A DNA stretch of 64,000 bases from Lama guanicoe (Eukaryota), in NCBI GenBank assembly GCA_013239625.1, contig MU054323.1, positions 12,097,694 to 12,161,693 of the forward strand. Direction: 5' to 3'. This document shows positions 53,901 to 64,000 of this stretch, in pieces. Positions within the stretch are counted from its first letter, which is position 1. Every line of letters begins with the position of its first letter. Under the pieces are notes generated by a model. It was given only the letters and a program-made list of their open reading frames with translations, was not told the DNA's origin and did not search any database. The position numbers were made by a program, and so were the translations under genes.

Positions 53901-54778
53901 CAGATACTAAATGACTGGGTATGATAGGCAACTGAATCATGTGCTCTTTCCTTCCTCTATGAGTCTTTTTGAGCATTCTCCAAATCCTGAAAGCCCTTTG
54001 TTTTTTTTCTCAGAACTGAAGGCAAAGTTTTCCTAAACTTGGGGGTTTTATTCAACACATCTGGGCTCTGGGTTAACTTCAACCCATTCACACCTATGTG
54101 CCACGGAAACTTGAAAGGAGTTGGTGGTGAGCGCAGTCCCTTTCCGGTGGGCCTTGAGAAATGAGGCTTTTGCTCAGGCCAGTGGGTTCCCCTTACGTCC
54201 TCTTTCCCACCTTGAAGCCTGCGATCTGGCTCTGCCCATCTCCCTGCCAAAATAAATTGATCCAATCCCTCTGTGCCGAGTTCCCTTTGGGAGATGCCAA
54301 TACTTAAGACTCCCTCAAGATCCCAGAACCAGCCCGCCCACAACCCTGGGAGAGTAAAAAAAGTGAAGGAAGAAAGAGAAAGGGTGATGAGCGAGACACC
54401 AAGTGACGCTGGACCGAGCAGAGTTGGAGAGGGAACCGTCTGGGCCAACAGCTCTGCCTCAACCGTCTGAGCTTTCCAGCTCGTCTACCACCCGGCTCTA
54501 CCTCTTTCACCTTGAGCCGTCAGAGGATTTAAAGTGGACCCAAGACGCGCACCGGCTGTGGAGAGTGAAGGCGGTGTCTGCCCACGATCGCCTCTCCACT
54601 TGCCCGCGTTCCTCCCGCAGTCCCCGCCCCGCCAGGTGCTTCCCGCGCGGCACTCTGCGCTCCTTGCAGCAGCCCGTGCGAGCCACTCTGCGAGCCTCTG
54701 TGCGCGCTGGAGCTGCGCTCTTGGATACCGGGAGCCTGGCAGTGCGCCTCCCTTGGCACCCGCAGGGGAAAACGCTAC

Positions 54779-55059
54779 CTGTGGAAGTAATGTGCGCAGA
54801 AGAGGCCCAGAAGCACAGTCGCAGGCGGGCCGAAAACAGAGCGAGGCTGCCCAGCGAGGATCCCCGCGGGTACCACGAAGGAGGGCAGCTCCTGCAGGAA
54901 CCAGGCGGCGCGGGCCGGCAGCCGGATAGCCGCGGGCATCAGGGTCTCCGAGTGCTTCCCGTAACCAGAGGGCTCTGCGAGGTACAGGACCAGCAACCCC
55001 AGGGCAGCCAAAGCGGCGCTGCCTGCCAGCACTGGGCTCTGCTGGCATAGAACAGGCAT
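54779..55059 (-). CDS. SRD5A2: SRD5A2 coding exon 1 (281 nt)
   Basis: ATG at 55059-55057 in context ggcgcgATGc. Translates MPVLCQQSPVLAGSAALAALGLLVLYLAEPSGYGKH...QELPSF...FCAHYFH(R). Donor CAG|GTAGCG at 54779/54778. Confidence 0.98.
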
Positions 55060-55120
55060 CGCGCCGTGTTCCCCGCCTGAGGCCACCGCCCGCGCAGAGA
55101 AGAGCGCGGCCCCCACGGCC

Positions 55121-55128
55121 CCTTTATG
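55121..55128 (-). promoter_or_regulatory. TATA-like element CATAAAGG
   Basis: Minus-strand CATAAAGGGG about 65 nt upstream of the ATG and just downstream of tandem GC boxes. Confidence 0.55.
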
Positions 55129-56014
55129 GAAAGCTAGACGCCACCCCGTGTCCGCCCCTTCGGCCTTGGCTCCCGCCCCTCCATCTTGCCTCCTATCTCA
55201 GCACAGCCAGCCCGCCCTGGCTCGACCCAGCACCGATGCCCCTTTCGCAGGGCTGGCACTTAGCAAAAACAGCCAGGGAGGAGAGTGGACGAAGGCTTTC
55301 GTGAAGCCCTTCCATTAGCCCATATTCGTGCCTTCGCCTGCACTCCCGCCCTCTCCGTCACCTGCCACTGTTCTCCTCCTTTAACTGCCCTTCGCAGATA
55401 TATTTTTTTTCAGCCATCAACCTCTGATGCTGCAACTTCTGAGACTAGGAAATAGAAAACCACAGGGACGATTTAGCCAGGGTTGTTATCCTGCCCTAAC
55501 ACACACTCTGTGTGGTCGCCACGCAGCCCCCACCCTCAGACCATCCCAAGCCAGGATTTCCCCACCCCATCTGGTTCCCTACACTCCTGCACTCCCTTCT
55601 GGCTTCCACCCAGCCCTGCAACCTTCCTTTGATCCTGGGCTCAGCATCCAGGCACTTCTCATTTCCGCCAGGCCTTCTGATTTGGGGCGCCCTGCTTCTT
55701 GGCCACTTTTAGCTTCAGTGCCCTCTCCACACTATCTCGCTCCCAAGCAGGTACCAGCCTCTCCCGGGCCCTAGTTCCTCCGGGACCCCTCTGCATCCCT
55801 GGGTCGCCCCTGCGTCTGTTAAAGAGGCGCATAGTGATCCTGTCGATCCACCCTGGCCTCTCCTCTTTCCTGGGAGCCCTGGAGCTGACCCAGACTCAGG
55901 CTAACGTCTAGGACTTTTGCTGCAGGATGCCCTTTCCCATCTCCCGGAGCAGGTGAGTGTTCCATGAGGGCGCCACTGGAAGTGCAGTTGCACTCAGAAC
56001 ACCTAGATGCGGTT

Positions 56015-56340
56015 CTTTCTCTCTCCCCTTCTACTTGCCGCCTTTCTCTCATTCTTCACTCCCTGGTTCATTATCTATTTCCTCTTCCCTTCTCTGATTC
56101 AGTATTCAGACTTCCTTGACTGCCTTCTTCTTTTGTTTTGTACTCCTCTTTTTTTTTCTCTTCCTTCTTTCTCTGACCTGGCTTCCTCCTCTCAGATTGG
56201 CCTCTTGCCGCCTACTGTTTACTTCACTCTTCATCTTTTTGTACCAACTCTCTCAATTGCTTTATCCCTATTAATTTTCTCCTCTTGTCCCTACTTCAGG
56301 CTCCACCCGTCTTTCCCTTTCTCCCTCTTCTTCCTTTCAA
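56015..56340. repeat. Pyrimidine-rich low-complexity tract about 1 kb upstream of the gene
   Basis: Strong C/T bias on the + strand. Confidence 0.7.
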
Positions 56341-57044
56341 AGGCACTTTCTACAACCTTCACCCTTAGCTCCTACTCACTGCCTTTCAGGAGACTCACTC
56401 AGTATGCCTCTGTCTACCCCTGCCCTGTCCTACCAGCTGTTCCAATGAAAGGTACGCACTGTTTTCATCTGTCCACTTTGCAGGGTGTTTCCTGATTCCT
56501 AGAACACGGTGATGTATGGTGATACATTAGTGTGACAGTGCACCCTATGCTTGCTGAAGAGGTATTTATCACCTCCCTGTTAGGTTAAAAATTAAATTGT
56601 AATCATGCTTCAGTTTTCAACTGATCACCATGCAGGAACCACCCATACCACTGAAGCACTCTCCATGGTAACCAGGGTAAGCTCTCAGCTCCCTAGAGCT
56701 GTGTTTGCACTGGCTTTACAAATCCAGTCTGAGATTCTTCACTTACTACCCGCTAGTTGAGGACACCCAAATCTAGATCTCCAGCAAAGACAGGAACTTC
56801 CGATCTGCATTTCCTCCCTGCTGGACAACTCTACCTGGATGTCATGCTTTAGTGGTAGGAATCATTTGTTTGTAGAGTGAAGACCACCTTCCTAACAAAA
56901 TGCTAAATCAATCCCCCCAAAAGATCAAGATGATTCACAAGTAAGTTAACAAACCTCAACCCTCTTTAAAGGAAGGCAATTACATACAGACAAGTAACAA
57001 TGTAGCCTTCACAATATTCAGCATCCCTCAAGTTATTAGAAATG

Positions 57045-57690
57045 TTGCACTGACTTCTAACACCAACTACTCAAGTTGAGCCAAACTTCACAGGTTTACG
57101 ACACAATCCTCCAAAAGACTGCCCTCACTTCAGACACAATTTCAGGGATCTCCAAGCACACACACTTCTGAACAGCTCACTACAAATCTGGGGGTTCCCA
57201 CTAACTCTTCAGGTTTAATAATTCAGTAGAACAACTCACAGAACTCAGGAAAGCACTATATTTATGATGACAGCTTTACCATATTTAAAAAAAAAAGATA
57301 TAAATCAGAACCAGCCAAAAGAAGACATGAGTAAGATTGGGTCAAGGCGGGGAGGGTCCCAAATATGAAGTTTTCTTGTCCTCTCCCCATGAAATCAGGA
57401 TCTACCACCTTCTCAGCACATCAGTGTGTGACAATATGCAGTGTCTTGCCTACCAGAAAAGCTCATCCAAGCTTCAGAGCCCATATTTTTTTAAAGGTTT
57501 CATTATGTAAGTGCAATTGATTGAATCATTGGCCATGTGACTGAACTCAGTATCTGGCTCCCCTCTGCTTCCCAGAGGTCAAGTTAATATCACATGGCTC
57601 AAAAACATAACCCTCTAATCACATGGCTGGTCATTCTGACATAGCTAGCCCTCATCCTGAGTCATCAACTTAGTATAAACTAAGAATATA
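57045..57690. mobile_element. ERVL-class LTR (MER21/MER77-like)
   Basis: aagactgccctcacttcagacac...agaacaactcacagaactcaggaaagcact...gattgaatcattggccatgtgactgaactca. Confidence 0.65.
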
Positions 57691-58248
57691 ACAACACTGT
57701 TTTATGAAGTTTTAATATAATGATGTATCATGTATGACAATTATAAAGGATTAAGAGAAATGAGTTTATAAGGTTACAAAATTTCTATCTTTTAAGTGAA
57801 ACATTATAACTAGAGTTACAGAACTATATAACCACATAGTCGTACAACTATATGACTATATAGTTATAGAAGGATAACCACACTGTGAAAGTTATAAATG
57901 TAATTATGGTCTATAGGGCAACCCTATACAAAATGTAATAACTACTATGTATAGGGATGGATGTTACTGTTGTCATCATTTCACAGTATATACAAGTATC
58001 AAATCACTATGTTGTACACCTGAAAATAATACAGTATTTCAATTACACCTCAATTTTAAAAAAACTATAAATTCAACAGGAGAATTAAAATAAAATCTAA
58101 AAAAAACAAATAATCCAAGAGGAAGGGGGCAGAAAGGAATAACAAGAACAAAACACAAAACAGTTAAATGGTAAGAACAGCTTGGAAAGAAAGAAGTAAA
58201 ACTATATTCACAAAGGACATGATCTTATATATAAAAATGATAAGGAAT

Positions 58249-58559
58249 TTTAAAAAAACAAAAACAAACAAACAAAACATAAATACAAAACAGAAACAGA
58301 CTCACAGACATAGAATACAAACTTGTAGTTGCCAAGGGGGCAGGGGGTGGGAAGGGATAGACTCGGATTTTAAATTGTAGAATAGATAAACAGGATTATA
58401 CTGTATAGCACAGGGAAATATATACAAAATCGTATGTTAGCTCACAGAGAAAAAATGTGACAATGAATATATATATGTTCATGTATAACTGAAAAATTCA
58501 GCTCTACTGGAACTTGACACAACATTGTAAAATTATTATAAATCAATAAAAAATGTTAA
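58249..58559 (+). mobile_element. Young 5'-truncated L1 tail (camelid-like) with 16-bp target-site duplication
   Basis: Same family as 1-223. Flanked by aaaaatgataaggaat (58233-58248) and aaaaatgctaaggaat (58560-58575). Confidence 0.85.
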
Positions 58560-58877
58560 AAAAATGCTAAGGAATCTTCTAAAACTATTAGAACAAATAA
58601 GTGAGTTCAGTAAGGTTGCAGGATATGTGATCAGTATACGAAAGTCACTTTTATTTCTATAAACTAGCATGAAAATCTGAAATGAAATTACAAAAACAAT
58701 CCAGTTGTAATCAAAAAGAGCAAAATACTAGGGAAAAATTTAACAAATGAAGAACAAGGCTTGTACACTGAAAACTATGAACAATGTTGAAAGAAATTAA
58801 AGAATTTTTAAATAAATGGAAAGATATCCCATATTCATGGATTGGAAGACTTAATATTATTTAGATGTTATGTTCCC

Positions 58878-59286
58878 TGCTATAGATTGAATTGTGTTCC
58901 CACAAAATTCACATGTTGAAACTCGAACCCCAGTGTGACTATATCTGAAGCTAGGGTCTTTAGAAGGTAGTAAGGTTAAATGAAGTCATGTCTAATCAGG
59001 TATAGAACTGTGGCCTTTTGAAAGGAGGAAGATCTCTCAATCTCTCTTCCTCCCTCTGTCTCTCTCCTCTCCCTCTCCCTCTCCCCACTGACCCCCCAAG
59101 CCCCACCACGTTCAGACACTGTGAGAAGGCAGCCATCTACAACCCAAGGAGAGATTTCTTGCCAGATACCAATCCTGCTAGTACCTTGATCTTTAGCTTG
59201 TCTCCATAATTGTGAAAATAAATTCCTATTGTTTAAGACACCAAATCAATGGTATTTTGTTATGGCAGCCAGAGCAGAATAAGACA
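58878..59286 (+). mobile_element. MLT1A-like MaLR solo LTR nested in L1M
   Basis: tgctatagattgaattgtgttccc...aataaattcctattgtttaag...aataagaca. Host L1 resumes on both sides. Confidence 0.85.
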
Positions 59287-59902
59287 CCTTCAAAATGATC
59301 TGTGTATTCAACTCAAAATCTTAATTGGCTTTTCAGAAATGGAAAAGTTAAGCCTAAAATTCACATGGAAATGCAAGGCATCCAGAAGAGACAAAACAAT
59401 CTCTAAAATAAAGAAAAAGAAATTGAAGGACTGGTATTTCTCAATTTCAAAGAAATGATACTGCAAAGAAACAACAATCAAGACAGTGTAGAACTAGCAT
59501 AAGAATAACATATAGATCAATGGAATAGAATTGAGAGTCCAAATATAAATTCATACACATATGGTCAGTTGATTTTCAAGAAGAGCACCAAGATCATTCA
59601 ACAGGGAAAGAGTAGCCTGTTCAACTAGTCTTGGTACAAATGGATATCCACATGCAAAAGAATGAAACTGGACCTTTACTTCACAACATACACAAAAATT
59701 AACTCAAAATTGATCAAACACATAAATATGAGAGTTAAAACTACAAACCTCAAGAAGTGTAAATCTTCATGATCTTAAATTAGGGAATGGTTTCTTAGAT
59801 ATGACACAAAGCACAAGTGATGAAAGAAAAATAGATAAATTGACTTCATTAAGACTAAAAACTTCTCTGTAAGTAATACCATCAAGAAAGAGAAAAGATA
59901 AG

Positions 59903-61258
59903 TCACTATGCTGTGCATTAGATTTCCAGAACTTAGTTATCTACTAATAGCACATTTGTACCCTCTAACACTATCTACACAATTCCCCCACACCCCAGCC
60001 CCTGGTAACCACTATTCTACTCTCCTTTTCTATGAATTCAGCTTATTACATTTCACATATAAGTAATATCATAAAATATTTTTCTTTCTCTATGTGGGTT
60101 ATCTTACTCAGCTTAATATTCTCAGGGTCCATCCATGTTGTCGCAGTTGGTAGCACTTTCTTTTTTCTTGCGGCAGGATGATATCCCATTGTATATGTAT
60201 ACCACATCTTCTTAACCATTCATTCATTGATGGATGCTTAGGTTGTTTTCCTATCTTGGCTATTGTGAAGTAATGCTGCAGTCAACATAAGAGTGCAGAC
60301 ATCTTTTGGATACCCAGTTTTCACATTCTTTGGATATATATACCCAAAAGTGGGATTGCTGGATCTCATGGTAGTTCTACTTTTAATTTTTTGTGGAACC
60401 TCCATACTGTTTTCCATGGTGACTGAACTAATTTACATTCCCATCAACAGTGTAAAGGGGTTCCCTTATCTCTACATCTTTGCCAACACTTATTACCTCT
60501 TCTCTTCTTGATGACAGCCATTCTAACAGTTGTGAGGTAGTATCTCATTGTGGTTTTGATTTCCATTTCTCTGATAATTAGTGATGTTGAGCATCTTTTC
60601 ATGTACCTATTAGCCATTTGAATTTCTTCTTTAGAAAAATGTCTGCTCAGTTCCTCTGCCCATTCTTTAACTGGGTTTTTTGTTTTTGTTGTTGTTGTTA
60701 AGTTGTATGAGTTCTTTATATATTTTGGATATTAACCTCTTATCTAATATATATATGGTTTGCAAATATTTTCTTTGTTCCATATGTTGCCTTCATTTTG
60801 TTGATTATTTCTTTTGCTGTGTGGAAGCTTTTCTGTCTGATGTAATCCAACTTGTTTATATTTGCTTTTGTTGCTTGTGCTTTTGGTGACATGTCAAAAA
60901 ATAATAATAATAACTGCCAAGACTGATGTCAAGAAGCTTCTTCCCCATGTTTTCTTTTAGGAATTTTATGGTATCAGGCTTTATGTTAAAGTCTTCAATC
61001 CACTGCAAGTTAATTTTTGTGAGTAGTATAAGATAGGGGTTCAATTTTATTTTTCTGAATATCCAGTTTTTTCCAACACCATTTATTAAAGAGACTATCC
61101 TTTCCTCATTGAGTGCTCTGGCTCCCTTGGCAAATATTAGTTGATTGTATATGCAGGGTATTATTTCTGGGCTCTTTCTTCAGTTCCATTGGTCTACTTG
61201 TCTATTTTAATGCCAGTAACATACTGTTTGAATTACTGCAGATTTGTAGTATAGTTTG
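59903..61258 (-). mobile_element. L1MA-like 3' UTR and late ORF2
   Basis: cccctggtaaccactattctactc, gggattgctggatc, tttccaacaccatttatt. ORF 60856..61044 (PYLILLTKINLQWIEDFNIKP) is L1 ORF2-like. Confidence 0.85.
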
Positions 61259-62220
61259 ATTTTCAACAAAAGTTACCAATGCTATCCAATGGAGGTAAAA
61301 AATGGTGCTGAAACAACTGGATTTCTCTTTGGAAAAAATGTACTTCAATTCTTCCTTTACATCATATACAAAATCAACTTAAAATAGGTCATAGATCTTA
61401 ATGTATGAATTAAAACTTTTAAATTCCAGAAGAAAACACTGCATAGAATCTTTGTGACATTGGGTTAGGTACAGATTTCTTAAGACACTCCAAAGAACAA
61501 AGTATAAAAGAAAAATAATAAATATCAACTTCATAAAGATTAAAAACTTTGCTTTTTCCAAAGACACAGAGAGACTAAATGGTAAGCCATATATTTGGAA
61601 AACATTTTTGCCACACATATATTCAATAAAGGAATTGTATCCAGAATATGTAAATAAGTTTCACAATTCAATAATTAAATGACATAAAACCCAATTAACA
61701 TGGGCAAAATATTTTAATAGACATTTCACAAAGAAGATCTGCAAATAACGAATAAGCACATGAAAATATGTTCACCACACTGGCCATCAGAAAAATATAA
61801 GTTAAAGCACAATATGGTAATACTACATACCCACAAAAGTGTTAAAAATTTAAGAGTGAAAATTTTCAGTGTTGACAAGGATGTGTAACAACTTGAAATC
61901 TCATACACTGAGATGTAAAATGGTACAGCCACTTTGGAAAACAGTACACTGTACCTTATAGCGTTAAATACACATTTACCATCTGTCCCAGTAATTCCTC
62001 TCACTTAAGTATTTACCCAAGAAGAAAGGAAACTTATGTCCATACAAAACATGTATCTGAAAGTTCAAAGCAACATTATTCATAAAGGCCCAAAACTGGA
62101 AGCAATCCAAATGTTCACCAACAGATGAATGTGCAAAAAAAAAAAAGAAGTATAATTATCCCAGGGCCCTTTACTCAGAAATAAAAGGAAAAAAAAAACA
62201 TGCAATAACATGAATAAGCT
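61259..62220 (+). mobile_element. L1M late ORF2 and 3' UTR fragment
   Basis: atggtgctgaaacaactgg...agacatttcacaaagaagat...ggtacagccactttggaaaacag. Confidence 0.8.
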
Positions 62221-64000
62221 TGCTCTATTTAATTAAGGAAATATTATAATCTGATTATTCTATTCTCTTTGGTAAAAGGTAAGTTATACCAATTTATTTG
62301 CTGATGGATGAATGAATGGATAGATGATTGATACATAGATTCATAGATACATAGATAGATTTTATCAACCCTTGTGCAAACCACAAAAGCAAGCTGTGAT
62401 AAAGCAGCAGTGTATAAATTATAAATAGAGGGGCAGAATTTACTAAGAATACTGGTAAGTTAGAGAAATAAAAAACATACTGTCAAGCAAAATTAGGTCC
62501 CTCAAAGGAGAATCGTTATAAAATCTGAGTTTTAAATTTTTTTCTTCTGAATTTAGCAGGAAATCAGTTTTCTTTTTTCAGTGCCCAAGTCCCTTACAAT
62601 AATAACAACTGTCTCTTTTTTAATCAAATTAGAAATTCCTAAAAAAAGTAATCTGTTATTATTCATGTTAGTAGCTTCACCAATGAAAGTTCTAGAGTTA
62701 GTTTCTGTTGTATGTATCCAAAGGTGCCTAAATAACAGTGTATTATTATATTGAAAGCAACTGTTCATGAGTTTGCCTCAAAACCACATCTTATTCACCT
62801 TTCAAACCTCCAAATTTAGAATTATTTCTGGCCCATAGACATACTGTATAGACACTTCCTGGACAGAGAACTGTAGCATGGATTCAACTTTGTTCTCCCC
62901 GGGTCTTCCCTGCTACTTCCTTTCTCACCAATCTTTAGAAACATTACCCGTGCCATTCATTAATTTCCATTTTTGAATACTCCAGGCTAGGAAAAACAAT
63001 TTTTTCTCTCCCTAAATTTTTATTTCAATCCATAAAATAGGACCTTTGAGGAAGAGAGCTTCTTTCCTCTCCCTTCACTCATTCTCCCTACAGAGGAGGT
63101 GCATAAAGTGGCCGACGTGGGGGATAATATATCTGATGGGCGGATTTGGAGAAGGATAAATGCATATGCAGCAGTCTCCCTTCTCTTGCTGTCAGAACAG
63201 CCCTCCCTGTGATGCAAGCAGTCTTCTCTCTTCTAAATGTTGCTTATAGAAACAAGCTCTGGCACTGTAGTTGAAAGAGGAGAAGCCCTGAGTTATTTGA
63301 GCTCCTCCATCTCAGTGTGGGTAAGCCAATTCAATTCAAGAGAAAAGTATTAGGAAGCATAATAGGGACTACAGGTCAAAGTTGTGTTCTCCAAAGTAAC
63401 TTTATCAATGAAACTGATATGGGGGGGCTGTTATTGTTGCTATTGGATTTTTATGAGAGAGGGATTTATTAAAAAGTGGGCTCCACCAATAGACAAATGA
63501 TACAAATATCAAAATTTTTAGATTCAGGGGCTCTTATTCATATAACACCAAAACTCATCTCATCTGCTTGGAAATTCATTCTCCAAAACTCAGCTCAAAT
63601 TTACCTCTCCTTTGAAGCTTTCCGGGAAAGAATTAACTTTTCCCTGTTCCACATGTTCATAGTACTTTCTATACATCTGTACTGTATCACTTGCCGTAAC
63701 TGTCTCAAGTTTCTGTTCATGTGATCACTTCCTCTATTAGAATGTGAAATCCTTAAGAGCAGCATAGCGTAACTATTAAGATAATAGGCTTGCAGTCAGA
63801 CATTGGCTCTTTCCCTTACTATTAATAGTTTTATTACCATAAGCATCTGAGAACCTTTCTGAGACTGATTTTCTATGTCAGTAAAATGGGTATGTTAATA
63901 CTACAATGGGCAGTAGTTTTAAAGATAGAAGTCACAGAAACCTACCTGAAACTAGATTAAGAATATATATATAATTACACATGTATATATGCATACATAT

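Larger units (their letters stand above)
19108..55059 (-). other. SRD5A2: SRD5A2 gene span, start codon to stop codon; 5 coding exons, 254 aa
   Basis: Five exons splice in frame with GT-AG boundaries to 765 nt. The product has the YGK, QELPSF, HYFHR, NIHSD, GEIIEWIGYA, HHHR and YPKSRKALIPFIF motifs of steroid 5-alpha-reductase 2. Introns are 26510, 3811, 2366 and 2500 bp. Confidence 0.98.
54540..55360. promoter_or_regulatory. CpG island and GC-box promoter of SRD5A2
   Basis: Only strongly CpG-rich stretch in the window; overlaps exon 1. GC boxes (CCGCCC) at 55152-55157, 55173-55178, 55212-55217 and 55346-55351. Confidence 0.85.
58190..59900 (+). mobile_element. Old L1M ORF2 remnant hosting nested insertions
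   Basis: gacatgatcttatatata...gagttcagtaaggttgcaggat...catggattggaagacttaata...caaaaattaactcaaaat. Confidence 0.8.

Noticed and set aside
54973..54975. Glu29 (human Lys), and also Ala89 (human Val/Leu polymorphic site)
   Set aside because: From memory these states occur in other non-primate orthologues such as pig, so they are unlikely to be special here.
54403..55050. 215-aa + strand ORF and other long ORFs overlapping exon 1 (54485..55048, 54534..54929)
   Set aside because: Shadow ORFs of a GC-rich CpG island with few stop codons; Arg/Ala/Pro-rich with no recognisable domain.
55060..55116. 19-aa N-terminal extension of SRD5A2 suggested by the ORF track
   Set aside because: Starts at a GTG only a few bases from the TATA-like element, probably upstream of the transcription start. 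The ATG at 55059 gives the canonical 254 aa.
55962..55976. Second CTCF-like string ccatgagggcgcca upstream of the promoter
   Set aside because: One base short in the G-run, so it does not fit the core spacing.
56007..56495. 162-aa hydrophobic ORF resembling a membrane protein
   Set aside because: The Phe/Leu/Ser/Pro bias is a direct result of the pyrimidine-rich tract.
1..64000. CRISPR arrays, operons, defence systems, tRNA/rRNA genes or a novel multi-gene system
   Set aside because: None seen. The window is explained by one spliced mammalian gene and interspersed repeats.

Overview
Mammalian genomic DNA, not microbial. The window holds one complete, intact protein-coding gene, SRD5A2 (steroid 5-alpha-reductase 2), on the minus strand. 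Its five coding exons are 55059-54779, 28268-28105, 24293-24192, 21825-21675 and 19174-19108 (281+164+102+151+67 = 765 nt, 254 aa plus TAA), all with GT-AG introns. It has a CpG-island/GC-box promoter near 55.1 kb and several candidate polyadenylation signals in a long 3' UTR. The rest is mostly decayed interspersed repeats (L1, L2, MIR, MaLR/ERVL LTRs, hAT and Tigger MITEs) plus a 69-N gap inside a (TG)n microsatellite. Young L1 3' tails and the protein sequence suggest a cetartiodactyl, probably a camelid (inference from memory). I see no evidence of a new multi-gene system. The most interesting items are small: a ~58-bp L1 tail with a perfect 15-bp target-site duplication, a ~500-bp polyadenylated non-L1 insert inside an old L1, a 5'-only L1 flanked by a near-direct repeat, a full CTCF motif downstream of the gene, and two SRD5A2 substitutions (S127, Q226). 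Repeat family names and boundaries are by eye and approximate.
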